Shown: one piece after another, positions 10,094 through 22,485 of the stretch
Layout: the number at the start of each line of letters is the position of its first letter
Position numbering within the stretch: position 1 is the first letter of the stretch
Source: Craspedostauros australis
Lineage: Eukaryota
Assembly: GCA_030167865.1 (NCBI GenBank)
Contig: JALAGF010006261.1
Coordinates: 1 to 64,000 of the forward strand
DNA: 64,000 nt
Direction of reading: 5' to 3'
The notes under the pieces: model-generated
Database searches by the model: none
The model's input: only the letters and a program-made list of their open reading frames with translations
Told to the model about the DNA's origin: nothing
Program-made: the position numbers and the translations under genes

Positions 10094-12865
10094 ATGGCGT
10101 CCACCATCTTGTACAAGTTCCGGTCAGGAACGACCTTCGAGGCGCTGCCGCTGCCAGGATCTGCCGCGCGCCTGTTCGACGTCAAGAAGGGCATCGTGCG
10201 CGCCAAGAAGCTCGATGGCAACGGCATGGAGTTCGACCTCTCCGTGCGCAACGCGGACACCAACGAAGAGTACGCCAACGAGGGCATGGTGCTTCCCAGA
10301 GGCACCCGATTGATCGTGCAGCGGCTTCCCGCACCTCGCGGACAGGGCTTCCTGGCCCGCATGGCGCGCAACGAGCAGCTGGGCGGATCTGCACCGGCCG
10401 GCGGCCCCACGCAACACCCCAGCGGCTACTACACCATCGAGAGCCACCAAGACGACGAGGACGAATTCGTCTCGTCGTCCGCGCGCGCTGGCACCGATGA
10501 TCAGGAGATCGCGGCTCTGCAAGCCGTCACGCACATGCGCCCCGATGGTCCCACCATGACGGGCGGTGGCGGCCATTACGGCGGCGGTGGTCCCGGGCGC
10601 GGTGGTGGCGGTCCTGCTGGAAGCGGAGCGGGCAGAGGTGGCTTCCGATCGCACGGCGGCGGAGGCCACTACCGACCCAACGCAGACCCGGAACTCCGAG
10701 ACCAGGAACGGAAGATGATGCCGAAGAAGCGCGCCACCGGAATCCCAAGGACCTTCCTCAACCTATCGGCACCGCCGCAAACGGACGGCGCGCAGGACGG
10801 GGAGGGCAACGAGACTAACGTGCCCCTGCTGCAGCCCAACGCCATCGGCTTCGAGGAGCTCAAGAACCGAGGCGGCGGCCAGTCGGAGATCGCGACGGGT
10901 ACTAAGAAGGATCTAGACTACGCATTGAAATTGACCGCGACTTCAATTCCTGATTACCTCCAGTGTGCCATTTGTGAAAGTGTTGTCAAAAATGCAATGA
11001 TGCTGCCCTGGGACCCGGAAGGCCGGACCACGTGCGAATCCTGCATCCGAGATGCGCTCACGCAGAACGGATACCGGTGCCCGCTCACGGGACAGGACGG
11101 GGTCAGCCCCGACGATCTCATCGCCAACATCGGCCTGCGCAAGGCCGCAGAGATGTTCATCAAGGGCGTCATGGACAAGATCGACGAGATCGAGAAGCAG
11201 CAGGTGCAGGAGGCCGAAGTCACCGCCACCGATGTGGGCAAGGCCGGCGGCGACATCCTCGACGGCGACAGCACCGAGAAGGGGGTGCTCGTCACCAAGA
11301 AGATCAACCTGCAGAAGAAGAAGGCTGACGATGATCCCTTCGGAGGCTCTGCCGATGACATTTTCGGTGGCGACGTCTTCGCCGTGGGTGGTGGCGACGA
11401 TGAGGACAACAACAACAATACCGACAACGACACCAAGACCAAGACCAAGAAGAGCGTCACTGCCAACAGCAACGCGAATGACAAGGCAGGCGATGGCAAT
11501 GCGGCAAAGGCAGGTGACGCCAAAGCGTCGGGCAACGATGGAGACGCTCGGGCCATCAAGTCGGAAAGTGCTGCAGCCAAGGATGCCACCCAGCATCCTA
11601 ACGAATCAGCAGGTGCGACGAAGCAAGGCAACGACGCTGGAACCAACCAAAATCACAGCGACGCCAATGGCAGCAACGCCATCCCTAACAATAACAGCAT
11701 GGATAAGCAGGACGGTACCACCGGGGCGCACGGCGGGCGTTCCCACAGATCCGGGAGCTTTGACAGCCAGGGCCGACACGACCGACGCTATGGCAACCAC
11801 CACAACGATGGCAACCGCCGCGAACGTCGGCGTGGGCCGCCAGCTGGATACGCCATGGGACCGGCCGGCGGGGCCGCAACCGCCATGCGTGGTCGCGATA
11901 ACCGTTACAATGACAGAGGCCGCGGGCGTTCTGGCAAGCGCAACGATCGTTCGGGGTCCTTTGATGGCGATCCATCGGCGGGCGGTCATGATCAGAGACA
12001 ATATGTAAGTTGGTTGGCATGTCTTGTGCTGTTGTGGGGTCTTGTGTCTGTTTGCGTTGTGTTTGGATGCATGGCAACACTGAGGAAGGTTCATCTCAGA
12101 AGAGCCATGGCATATTTGGCATTCAACAGATGCAGGCCGCACGGCGGTGCTTCAATGTTGCGTTTGCCATGTTGCAGGTCGTTTGGATTGGAGAGGCTCG
12201 GTTCCATTGGTATTATCCTTTCGACAAGTGGTTGAGAGAACGACGAACAGATTCTTGAGGAGTGATGCAAACAGCGGTTACTCTACGAGCATTGCATACT
12301 TGTTCTGCCCCACACATACATATAGTCTGCCCCATTCCCATTGTAATCAATCATCGAAGACACTTTGACCAAATCTAACGAAGCTGCTTCTTCTGCGATT
12401 CCCTTGACTATCTCATATGCAATGTACGACACTGCGATGTACTTTCATGTCCTGCATTCTAATGCAATGCATGCTAATGCAATGCATAACCATCTGATCC
12501 AACTGAAATGCTGATTGCTGCAGCGCGAGAACCAGGACAACAGAGGCCCGAAGCGAAGTCGCGGCGAGGAACACGGCGATCCTCGATGGGGCCATGGTCA
12601 CACATATCCGCCACCACATGGCCACATGAATCAACAGCAACAGCAGCAACAACAACCGCAGCAGCACGGCGGACGATACAACGATGGATCGTTCGATGGC
12701 GGACGCGGTGGACGTGGCGGTGGTCGCGGCCAGTTCGGCGGTGGCTTCCGCGGAGGATACCGTGGTGGACGTGGCGGCGGTGGTCGTGGTGGTGGCGGAC
12801 GATGGGGCGGACGTGGCCCTGGCGGATTCCGAGGTGGTCGTGGATACGGACGCGGGCGGTTCTAA
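10094..12865 (+). CDS. RBBP6: RBBP6/Mpe1-like protein (DWNN ubiquitin-like domain, RING/U-box-like domain, RGG tail), pre-mRNA 3'-processing factor / E3 ligase; about 750 aa, exons 10094-12004 and 12524-12865
   Basis: DWNN start MASTILYKFRS...FDLSVRNADTNEEY...VLPRGTRLIVQRLP. Family motif KRATGIPRTFL. IPDYLQCAIC...CESCIRDAL...CPLT. GTAAGT donor at 12005 and CTGCAG acceptor at 12523 (phase 0) lead into an RGG-rich last exon. Confidence 0.9.
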
Positions 12866-13143
12866 GACGGTTTGGACTCTGGGAGGAAGATGCAGTCAGT
12901 GTTGCAACACAGTCAACAAAGGAGGTATAGTACACTACAAATCAACAAGGGCACCGCAAGCGATGTATGAGCTCGCCTCTCTGTGGAGAGCGTTGAAATG
13001 GAAAGCCAAGGAAGATGCGACGAGGAAGGTCTTCGTCAAAGCGGGAGGAGCAGAGGGAGGACCACGGAAGCAGAGAGTAGGAAGAATACTTCTCTACCCT
13101 CTTCTCTTCCTGCAAAACAAAACGATGGATTTGCCACACACAA

Positions 13144-13179
13144 TAAACAGAACTAAACAGAACTAAACAGAACTAAACA
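13144..13179. repeat. 10-bp tandem repeat (AACTAAACAG, about 3.5 copies) downstream of RBBP6
   Basis: taaacag aactaaacag aactaaacag aactaaaca. Confidence 0.85.
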
Positions 13180-14444
13180 ATGGATACAGTCACCACGCAG
13201 CAACCAGAAACACACGCTCTACAAGTATGCATCGATGTTGTAATGATGGTGTAAGTCTCTCAACAGAGATTGAAGTTACAGGCAGATAGAACGAAACTAG
13301 AGAGTGGGTACGATAGGTCGTAGAGTATGCACGTAAAATATAATATGATAACATGGTAGAATAGAATCTAATATAATACTATCCAAACAAGAAGATGATG
13401 AGGGAAGTGCACCCGAAGATAGAATAGCCGTGAGAAATTGAATCTGTTGGTACTGACACGATACTGATACGACTACTTCGCAGAAATTTATGCGTCGTTG
13501 CAGTTGTGGCGATGGTGATGATGGTGTCGTGATTGGTGTCATTTGTTGTGATGAGTCCGGGCTGACGTGGTAGTGAGATTCGTTGCGCTGTTCGAGTCAT
13601 GCCAAATGGTGATTGCGTGGGTGCGTCGCGAGAAATTTTTGGTTGGCCCACACCACATCGGGTCATGTTCTGCTGACTTGTGATGAGAAGTTTTGCCGTG
13701 GTGGCGGCCATCAAAAATGCCACGCATTCCACATCCAAAGACGACAAAGACGATACTGGGGACCACGCACACAAACAGAGAGAGTGTTGAGTAGATCAGA
13801 GTAGATCGGAGTCGACTGCGCTCCACCTCACTGCAATTCACAACAACTCACTGCAACTCACTCAAACAGACCACAGATACCAGAGTACTATCCTTCCACG
13901 CGACAACGAGAAACCTGCGCTGCCATTCGAACAACCGATCAACCAGAGACGAGCATTGTTGGCACCATCCCAGTCACAACAGACTATCGCAGTTCGCCTT
14001 GTGTCTCTTTGAACATATATTATATTATACTACGTCGAGCACATTCAATTCATAGCATACTATACTTGTGGAGCATTGTGCAGAACACAACAAGCACAAC
14101 AGTGGAAACACCATCTTCTGCTTCCTCTTCGCCATCATCGCCATCTCCTTCCGAAACCTGTCACAAACATCCACATTGACACCAACACCCGCGTTCGCTG
14201 ACAGCATCAGTTGTCAACATCAATCAGCCACAAATTCAGAACTTCACCGCATTCCCACAATCTGACAAAAGCGGCGTTCCACTGCGAAGCACCCAAAGAA
14301 TCGGCCATCTCTCTGCTCGTTTCCATTCCTCTTCCCGATCATCCAACCATCCAACAATCCGAAGTTCGTGATCACAAAAGACAGAAGCAGCTATATAAGC
14401 AACATCATTGGCAACATTTACAACATCAGCAACAACAAGCCAAC

Positions 14445-15940
14445 ATGAAGGCCAGCACTCCAATCAACGTCGGTCTCATGACGACGATATGTTCCGCGAT
14501 CGCCACAATGCAGTTGATGCAGCATTGCGCTGCGTTCGTCCCATCAACCTCCAATGGCCGATCCATCAATGCGAGGCTCTCGCAGAACCGATTGCTGCAA
14601 ACCGAGCGGCCCCAGTCGCCAACATCACAATTGCAATCGCAGCTGCGAATGAGAATGCACGACCACCAGTCTTCCTATCAGCCCATCTTTTCCAATGACC
14701 GCATCAGCCGCACTCAAACGAAATCAACGACAAGCACACGTGCTGCCGCTGTCGGGAGAAGCAGCGTCAAACTCAACCTCTTCGAAAACAAGGATCAGGT
14801 CGTTGATGGACGAACGAAGCTCAATAGCAGCGAGATCAACAGCGCCGCATTGTCGGACAAGGCCGACGTCAACGCCATGGCGATGGACGACGGCGTCCAA
14901 CTCGCCCTGCAACGAACTGGCCTGTGGGTCAGCGCCGCCATCGTCTTTGGCACCGCGCTGGGACAATTCTACGACGTGGACACGAGCGGTGAATTCTTCG
15001 CGGGATACCTCCTCGAACAATCCCTCTCCATTGACAACCTCCTCGTCTTCCTCCTCCTCTTCGAATACTTCCAAATCCCCACGGAGTACCAGAATCGCAT
15101 CCTCAATTGGGGTATCATGGGTGCCATCGTCATGCGCGCCATCATGATCGGCGCCGGCGCCGTCGCCATACACCAGTTTCACGCCGTCTTGCTCGTCTTT
15201 GCCGCCATTTTGATTTACAGCTCCGGCAAGGTCCTGCTGGGATTCGGCGAGGACGACGACGAAGAGGAAGATCTCAGCAACAACCAGATCATCAAACTGG
15301 CCAGCAGCCTCATCAATTCGACCGACCGCTTCGATGGCGACAGATTCTTCACCATCATCGACGGCGTCAAGACGGCGACACCCGTCTTTCTTTGCATGGT
15401 GGCCGTGGAGATCAGCGATATTGTCTTTGCCGTGGATAGCATTCCGGCCGTCTTTGGTGTGACGGAAGTAAGTGGGTTGTGTTTTCTGCTCTACATGTGT
15501 TTTGCATCCTGTGCATTGTGCCATGCGATGATTTGCTGCGTGTGCAATGCACTGTTCAATTGTGCTCGTGCATTTGCAATACCCAACATCTCACCCCTTT
15601 CATTTCTGCATCGCCTCAACAATCAACCACTGTGTACAACACACACATCCATGCAATCCAAAATTCCCAGAACCCGCTGGTCGTCTTCTCGTCCAACCTC
15701 TTTGCCATCATGGGCCTGCGGAGCCTGTACACCATCCTCTCCAAGGCGGCATCCGAACTCAAGTATCTGGAACCGGCCGTGGCAGTCGTGCTGGGATTCA
15801 TCGGCGTCAAGATGGTCGCCGAGTACGCCGGATACGCGACACCGACGGAGGTCTCTCTCGGCGTCGTCCTCACCTTGCTGGGTGCGGGGATCGGGGCATC
15901 GGTGTGGGAGAACAACCAAATCTCGGCGTCGGAGCAGTAG
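14445..15940 (+). CDS. TERC: Plastid (thylakoid) TerC-family membrane protein; 430 aa, exons 14445-15467 and 15671-15940
   Basis: TerC motifs: EFFAGYLLEQSLSIDNLLVF, RILNWGIMGAIVMR, EISDIVFAVDSIPAVFGVT|NPLVVFSSNLFAIMGLRSLY. GTAAGT donor 15468, CCCAG acceptor 15670. Signal peptide ending CAA-FVP followed by an S/R/T-rich transit peptide. Confidence 0.93.
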
Positions 15941-16245
15941 CAAACCATTGTGGCGTTCTATGATGCTAGAGAGAGAAAGAGAGTAGAGTAAAGTCCTCAA
16001 ATGATAATCTCGATACTATCAATTATGTTGGTCTCCGCGGATAGAGAGAGGTGTGTTCCATTGCTCCGCAAACTAGTCACGGAACAATCGTTGCGCGAGG
16101 TTGCAGGACATGCGATAGGAAAGACCCTGCTGTTCGAGAACCAACATCTCCAGTGTGCCTGCTTCTTGCAAAGATCCACAGCTTCTGTTCAGAGCACGCA
16201 TTCGATAAACACGGGAGAAGCAAGCTGGTGTTGACGATAGTATGG

Positions 16246-16264
16246 CAGTAGTAGTAGTAGTAGT
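16246..16264. repeat. (TAG)n trinucleotide microsatellite
   Basis: cagtagtagtagtagtagt. Confidence 0.8.
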
Positions 16265-16924
16265 ACAGAGTTACTGACAACGTGCATCTGGTCGTGGACG
16301 AATCCGAGGTGACGACAACGTTGATCATTGTTGGTTTACTCCGATTCCTGTCCTTCGTCGCGGCTTGCAATGAATTCTCCGCCAACCGGGGCTGTCTTTG
16401 TTGGTTTGCTGTAGTAGCTTCCTTGTGTGTGTGTGTTTGTTTGATTATTATTGTTTGTTTTGTGTTGGAGGAAAGACGCACGCGTGATGGAGGTAGAGAA
16501 GGATAGGGAAAGAGCGGTGCCGACCGTACCTATGTTCATGCGTTCCGATGACGACCACGGCAGAGGCGGCTGGAGTTGGAGTGAGCAAGACTTCACATCT
16601 TGTGTCTCCTGCAATGATCGAAGATAAGAGGATGTGGTTGCGCTTGCCATGATGCTGCTGAGAGTGTTGATGAGAGTGTTGACAACGACGACGGCAACAG
16701 TACCGATGACGACGATTGATATGAATATGACAGTGCTCGCTGGCACGTTCAAAATTGCGATGGGATGAGGTTCATGCACGGCCAAGTCAGCAGCTCGAGC
16801 AGGCAGATCATCGGTCTGATGTATGGTACTCTGTGGATATTCGTACGCGCTGCGAGTAGCACGCTTCGAGACATCGTCGCATGCGTGGTCGAATGGTTTA
16901 GAGTTTCATCGTCCGTATCCCAAG

Positions 16925-18173
16925 CTACAAAATGAGGCAAGCACATCCTTGCTCGGCAGGTTCGGTAGTGGCTGGTGTTCCTGTGGTTGTCGTGGCTCGC
17001 GCTTTTGGTTCGGCTGCGGTGCTGGATTCCGTCACCTGCATGGTGGCTGGTCTGACCGAAACATTGACGGGTGTTGGGTGTGTCTTGAACACCGGTATCT
17101 GACAGTCGTCGAGGGTCCGCGTGTCAGGCATCAGCATTCCCTTGCCCATACAGATAAGCCGCAGGTATTCTCCACCGGCACATTTTGGTAGGTCTGCATG
17201 TCATGTCATGTCATGCCATATCAGTTCATTTCATTCGTTGTTGCGTTGCGATGCATTGTGTCGAAATGAAATGAGTTCATTGGATTCCAGTTGAATGTAG
17301 TTGACGAATTGGAATCGAAGCCGTGTCATGTCATGCCATGCCATGCCAGTGATTTGGTTTGATCGTACATTTGGATGAAAAAGTAGAGTGAGCGAGAAAG
17401 CGGGAGGGAACAGTTAGAGAGAGAGAGCAAAATGACATGAGACGATTGTATCGAAAACGATGGATCCGAATTGCCGATTGGTTCATTGGATTTGGCCTCC
17501 ATACCGAGACAACAGAGTCTCCCTCGGAATGAATCACAGCATTTGAGAGACCAACCATGTCGAACCAAACATTCCATCAATGCGTACATCTGCAGGCGCA
17601 AACCTGTGCACACCTGCACGCACAAATCCGAGCAGATGAGATGGCTGAGAAGCGCAACTTACCATCAGGCCAAACGGAGAGTAGCGCGCCCTTGACCTCG
17701 CCGACTGTGTCAGCTGGTTTGCATTCCACCGTCACCGTAAGTCCGTCCCGATTGGCAAAGATGAATCTGAGGGTGATCTTGGTGGGATCGTGCTTGTAGG
17801 GTGGCCGTGTCTTCTTGCTGGAGGACACGACAGGCTTGGCGCTGGCGTTGGGGTCCTTGGTCGCTTCCTTGGCGTCGTCTTCTGCGTCGGCGCCGTTGGT
17901 TCCGTTGTCCTTGCTCTCGGCCTTGTCTTCCGCCGCTGGAGCAGCAGCCGCGGGATCCGTCTTCGACTCAGCTTGATCCTCGGTGGTGGTTCCGTTCGTG
18001 TCCGGCTTGGCATAGCCATCTATCCCTGGCTTGCCTGCGTCTGTTGGTCGGGCCTCCGCAGATGCGGATGATTGGGGAGCTGTCTCCGACGTCGCCGGTG
18101 CCGCAGCTGGTTCGGTCACAGCTGGTGCTGGAGCGGGGGTCTCCACCGCATTGGTCTCAGCCTCTTCTGCCAT
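16925..18173 (-). CDS. UBL3: Membrane-anchored ubiquitin-fold protein (UBL3/MUB family) with long acidic N-terminal extension and C-terminal CaaX (CACLIL); 259 aa, exons 18173-17663 and 17193-16925
   Basis: KITLRFIFANRDG...PADTVGEVKGALLSVWP|DLP...LRLICMGKGML...TLDDCQIP...PTPVNVSVRP...GCACLIL*. GTAAGT donor at 17662 and ATGCAG acceptor at 17194 are in frame. Confidence 0.88.
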
Positions 18174-18470
18174 GGTGCTGCTGATTGATTGGTTTGTTCG
18201 ATGTTATGCTCGTTTGGTGTGGCTCAAGGAGTGATTCAAGGAGCGATTCAAGGAGTATGGTGCGCACACGCCAATGATGTCCGATTCAGGGATTTGCCTT
18301 TGGCTTCAGTCTTCTCTGCTATGCGATTCTATGCTATGGAGAGTAGTGGTGTCGCTGTTGCTCCTCTTCGAAGGCGACGGGCACAGATGATGTGACAATG
18401 CTGTTGTACGAATACTTGTGCGGAAGCAAGTTCAGTCGGAGCAATGCCCGATGGCTGTTTGTGTATGGTG

Positions 18471-18493
18471 TGGTATGGTATGGTATGGTATGG
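18471..18493. repeat. (TGGTA)n pentanucleotide microsatellite upstream of UBL3
   Basis: tggtatggta tggtatggta tgg. Confidence 0.8.
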
Positions 18494-19507
18494 CACAAAT
18501 GGAGAGTGTTGTTGGTCTCTATGTTCGCACTCTGCTTTGCTTTGCTCTACTCTACTCGAATCGTCTCGTTTGTCTCTTGGTCTTCGTCCAATGCCAGATG
18601 ATGTCTGCGATCTCGGATGTCTCTTTGGTTGTTGCTCAATGTCCTGGCGCCAGTTCGCTCCTTCCTTGCTTCCTCTCGTGATGCTCAATGGTGTGATGTT
18701 CCGGAGTGCACTGCTCTCCGATTGTGATGAACCTCTCTCTGCCGCTCCCTGATTACTCTACTTCCGGTTGCCTTGCGCTTTGGCTTTGATTCCTCTCCTT
18801 CCTTTGGCTCTTCGCCCAATTGGACTTTGTCTTTTTGTCTCTGCGAATCGTCTTTCGCTCGTCCTCTTCCTCGTGGTGTCTCGCTCGTTCTGCGGCCTGT
18901 TTGGGTGTCGCGGGATGTTGTTGTGCCAAAAAATTGGCGGCAACAAATAATCTGGCGAACTAGTTCGCGCAATCGTGCCGCGCTTGCTCGTCAATGCGAG
19001 CTCTTGAACGGACTTGGCGAGACCTCGTCCGAGGACGATGAGAAAGAGATTTTCTCTGCCTTCAATCGTGTGGCTACTACGGCATCGAGACTAGAAAGAT
19101 GGTGTCAAACAAGACGCGCAGAAATCGTGGACAAGTTCGGCACGGTGTCGATGAGAGCGCAGCAGGTCTTCTGGTAGCGTTGGTCGCGACAGCTTGTTGG
19201 TAGTGCATTCATCTTGGGGTTCAGGCCTTTGAGAATGATGACAATAGACATGGATGTCACCAGAGTGCGCTAATACATTCAAACAATATATTATATGCGT
19301 TTTATAGTCATTTAGTGCATGTTCGGGCTCGTGGTGCATTTTGTGCGAGTATTTGTAGAGTAGCTCGTCGGGACCAAACAATTCCAACAGAGAGTAGCGT
19401 CGAGTACTCACTCTACTTGTCTGACTCTTGAAGTTATGGCATTGCGCTACCCGTCGAATGCGGGGACTGCGCGTGGATTGTGTATTGCAGCAGCCGATTG
19501 AGTACCT

Positions 19508-19972
19508 TCACGAGTGATCGTATCCGCAGTCCGCCGACGGCCCTTTGATGTTCAACCGCATACATTCTGGAATGGGACACACGTCCATGGCGACATCCAA
19601 CCCAGCATCCAATGCCCGTTGCGCGGCGGCTTCATCGATGACGCCCATCTGCAGCCACACCGATTTGGCACCCACCGCGATGGCCTCATCAACGACGTCG
19701 CCCGCCGCGGCCGAGTTGCGAAAGACGTCGACCATATCGATGGGATGCGGCACGTCCTGCAGGGTGCTATACACGAGCTTGCCGCAGATCTCCTGGCCGC
19801 CCAGTATGGGGTTGACGGGATGCACGTCGTATCCGCACTGCACAAGGAATCGCATCACCTCGTTAGATGCGCGGTGGGGTTTGTTGCTCGCGCCCACAAG
19901 GGCGATGCGTTTGGAGCATGTCAGGATCCTTCGCAACGTGGCGTCGGTGTTTTCGAATCTTGTCGTCGTCAT
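19508..19972 (-). CDS. YccU-like CoA-binding protein (CoA_binding_2), intronless, 154 aa
   Basis: LRRIL...[23 protein letters not shown]...YDVHPVNP...[10 protein letters not shown]...[16 protein letters not shown]...[11 protein letters not shown] matches the bacterial YccU pattern over its full length. There is an in-frame stop 8 codons upstream of the ATG. Confidence 0.9.
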   Translation of the reverse strand: MTTTRFENTDATLRRILTCSKRIALVGASNKPHRASNEVMRFLVQCGYDVHPVNPILGGQEICGKLVYSTLQDVPHPIDMVDVFRNSAAAGDVVDEAIAVGAKSVWLQMGVIDEAAAQRALDAGLDVAMDVCPIPECMRLNIKGPSADCGYDHS

Positions 19973-22485
19973 TGTGCTTTTGCCTTTTTGTCGTCACTGT
20001 TGTTGTTGGGCGGTTCTGTTGCTGCGATTGCTTGTGCTTGTGCTTTTGGGTGTCGTCGTTGTTGCACTCCGCAGTCGCAAGATACTTTCTCTTGGCGTGG
20101 CGTGATCATGCGTCGCAAGGCAACAGTAGTGCCTCGGTGCAAGTACTGAATACCTTCGCTGCTGGAGAGGACAACGACGTTGAATCCCATGCGCTGCACG
20201 AGACGAAACGATCCGCTTCCAAGCTGGTGTAGCGGAAGAGGATCTGTGGGAATGAGTTTGGGCGATGAGATGTTGTCGGTAACCTCCTGAGCAGTTTACG
20301 GGTTCTTCTTCATCACCATTGTGCTCCATCTGTTCTGATCGGCGAAATTCGTGGTTTTCGCCGATGGTTTGCTCATCGGCAACACAAATTTCCATGCGCG
20401 CGGAATCCAGTGCCGATCAAGTTCATCCTCTTCCATCAATCTCCAATGAATCGGATTGAAGAATGAGATTGAATTCGTTTCGACTCTGCAGCATGTTGCA
20501 TTCAGTTGCCGTCATGGTTGCTCGCTTGATTGATTGCTTTATCTCATTGCAACCGCCGTTTTCGCCTTTGAGACTGGCGCCATCAGTGTCTTGCAGTCTC
20601 GGGTTTGCTTCTGAAGCTGGTGATACCGATGCTGATCGGCAGCGGCTCCTCGTGCGATCCTCAATATATTCTCCATTTTACGTCATGTTGGATGCATGAT
20701 CACATGAAGCAGATTCATGGTCTTGGGAGTGAGCTGCCGATGTATCTGCCAAACTCCGAGAAGGATAATGTATCTGTTTGTTTGTGCGATGCCTTGCTGC
20801 GGCGCGATCCATCACACATTTCCATTCTTTCAGCCGTTGTTGGTGCTACCGGCCTTTGCGCCGTGGCATTTCGTTGAACGGCCATCGTAACATTGCATGC
20901 TGGCTGTTGTAAAGGAACGCCGCCATCGTCTGTTCTACCTTGGTCTCTCCATTGCGTATCGTATTCCGATCAACTGTCGTCGCGGTCACCGTCATACTGA
21001 CGCTGCCGCCAGCTGACACCGAGGTGACCATTCACACCCTGATGATGTTGCGCAATGGCGTTGCGCAGTCTGTGGTGCTTGTCGGCAGAAGACGGGGCGA
21101 GATGGAATGGAATGGAAAGAATGAGCATGATCGTTGCAACTGCAACGGCCGCGCAAGGTGGGTGGCGACGAGCGCCGATGAGGCCCAATTTGTGGAGAGG
21201 CAACCTTCTTGGTTGTTCTTGTGATTTTGTTCCACTCGCACGATTGCTTGGTGAGCAACGAATGATCGTGCCCAGGAATTGTTGTGTGCGCGTTGTGACG
21301 TCACGAGAAAAAGCAGAAACACGATTGGCGCAAACACGACTAGTCCAAGGTACTTGATAAGTTCCGATGGTCCTGGAAAGAACAGCGCCCAAACCGAACG
21401 AGGCAGTCACGCCAACAACGGACACCAAAGAAGAACTTCGATCTCTTCTGTGATGTCACGTGTCGCCAGCAACAACAGAGAGATTGGCACCGCTATCACG
21501 ATGCTACGTGATACGACTGGACACAATCAAACACACCGTGCAGGCGTACGACTACTTGTGGAACGGCGACAGTTGTTGCTGCGCAATTCGAACTGGTTTT
21601 CTCCCCTTGTGTTTGGTTTTCGCTGCAAAATACACGGCGTTGATTGCAGAGAGAAACTCGCGCTCAGCGAAGAACAGCGCGAAAAAAAGAAGGATGCACA
21701 TCTCCTGCTCCTGATCTCGGCTGCAAACTTGTCAGCCTTTGGAATCAACCACAACAGGACGAACATCAACAGCCAATCAGTCAACTCACCAACCTGCCGA
21801 CATCGAACCACTCGCAAGACAAGAAGAAGAAGAAGAAGAGCCTCGCATGGAGTAGACGCGCTGCGCCAGATACAACCCAATCCAAGATCTGCCTCTGGAT
21901 CTGCAGCAGTCCTGCGTCCACGCAAACACGGTCATTGACACCAACAACAGAGAGGCCTGGCTTTTTTCAGGTGGTTCCAGCTGTCCTCTCTTGGCGCCGC
22001 AAACGCGCTTCCGCTGACGAATATCTTCCATACAGCATCAAGAGCGCGGCCTCTCGGAGACACGCAAGCAGATCGAATTGAGCACATCCTGTTGCGCAGA
22101 GGAATAGGAAGGCAACTGCGCGCAAGGAAAGCCACACAAATTAGGCCAAACACTCGCAAAGATCCAACAAAGCAAGAACAGGGGGCAGAACAGTTCCTCC
22201 AGGAGAAACAATCTGGGTCCGACAAACCCGGCCAGCCACGCACCCCTCTCTTGAGCGTTTGAGTCCGAGACGCTCCAACGTACGAGCATAGTCAACTGAA
22301 GACGAAACTTTCAGGAGTAGTTGCGTAGTTGCGCACCACAAGACGCCCCACACGAGCACAGCTATCACCTGACTTCGTATTCTGCACATCGCATTCAACG
22401 CATCGCATTCAACACATTGCACGGCGACTCGGAGCATAGCAGAGCAGAGGCCACCAACGCACTTCCCGCAGATCTATCATCGATC

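Noticed and set aside
12005..12235. Apparent C-terminal TM helix on RBBP6 (VSWLACLVLLWGLVSVCVVFG); similar hydrophobic tails on TerC and others
   Set aside because: This is read-through into a GT-rich intron after a perfect GTAAGT donor, not a real membrane anchor.
14445..15940. TerC as a tellurite-resistance or bacterial contaminant marker
   Set aside because: It has a spliceosomal intron and a plastid presequence, and matches the ordinary thylakoid TerC of photosynthetic eukaryotes.
18950..19450. 106-aa minus-strand ORF and an AT-richer patch downstream of the YccU-like gene
   Set aside because: Non-ATG start, no motif and no coding bias; it cannot be supported as a gene.
20200..22400. 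Many 80-220 aa ORFs upstream of the BAG6-like gene
   Set aside because: No consistent frame, motif or codon bias; probably intergenic or UTR sequence.
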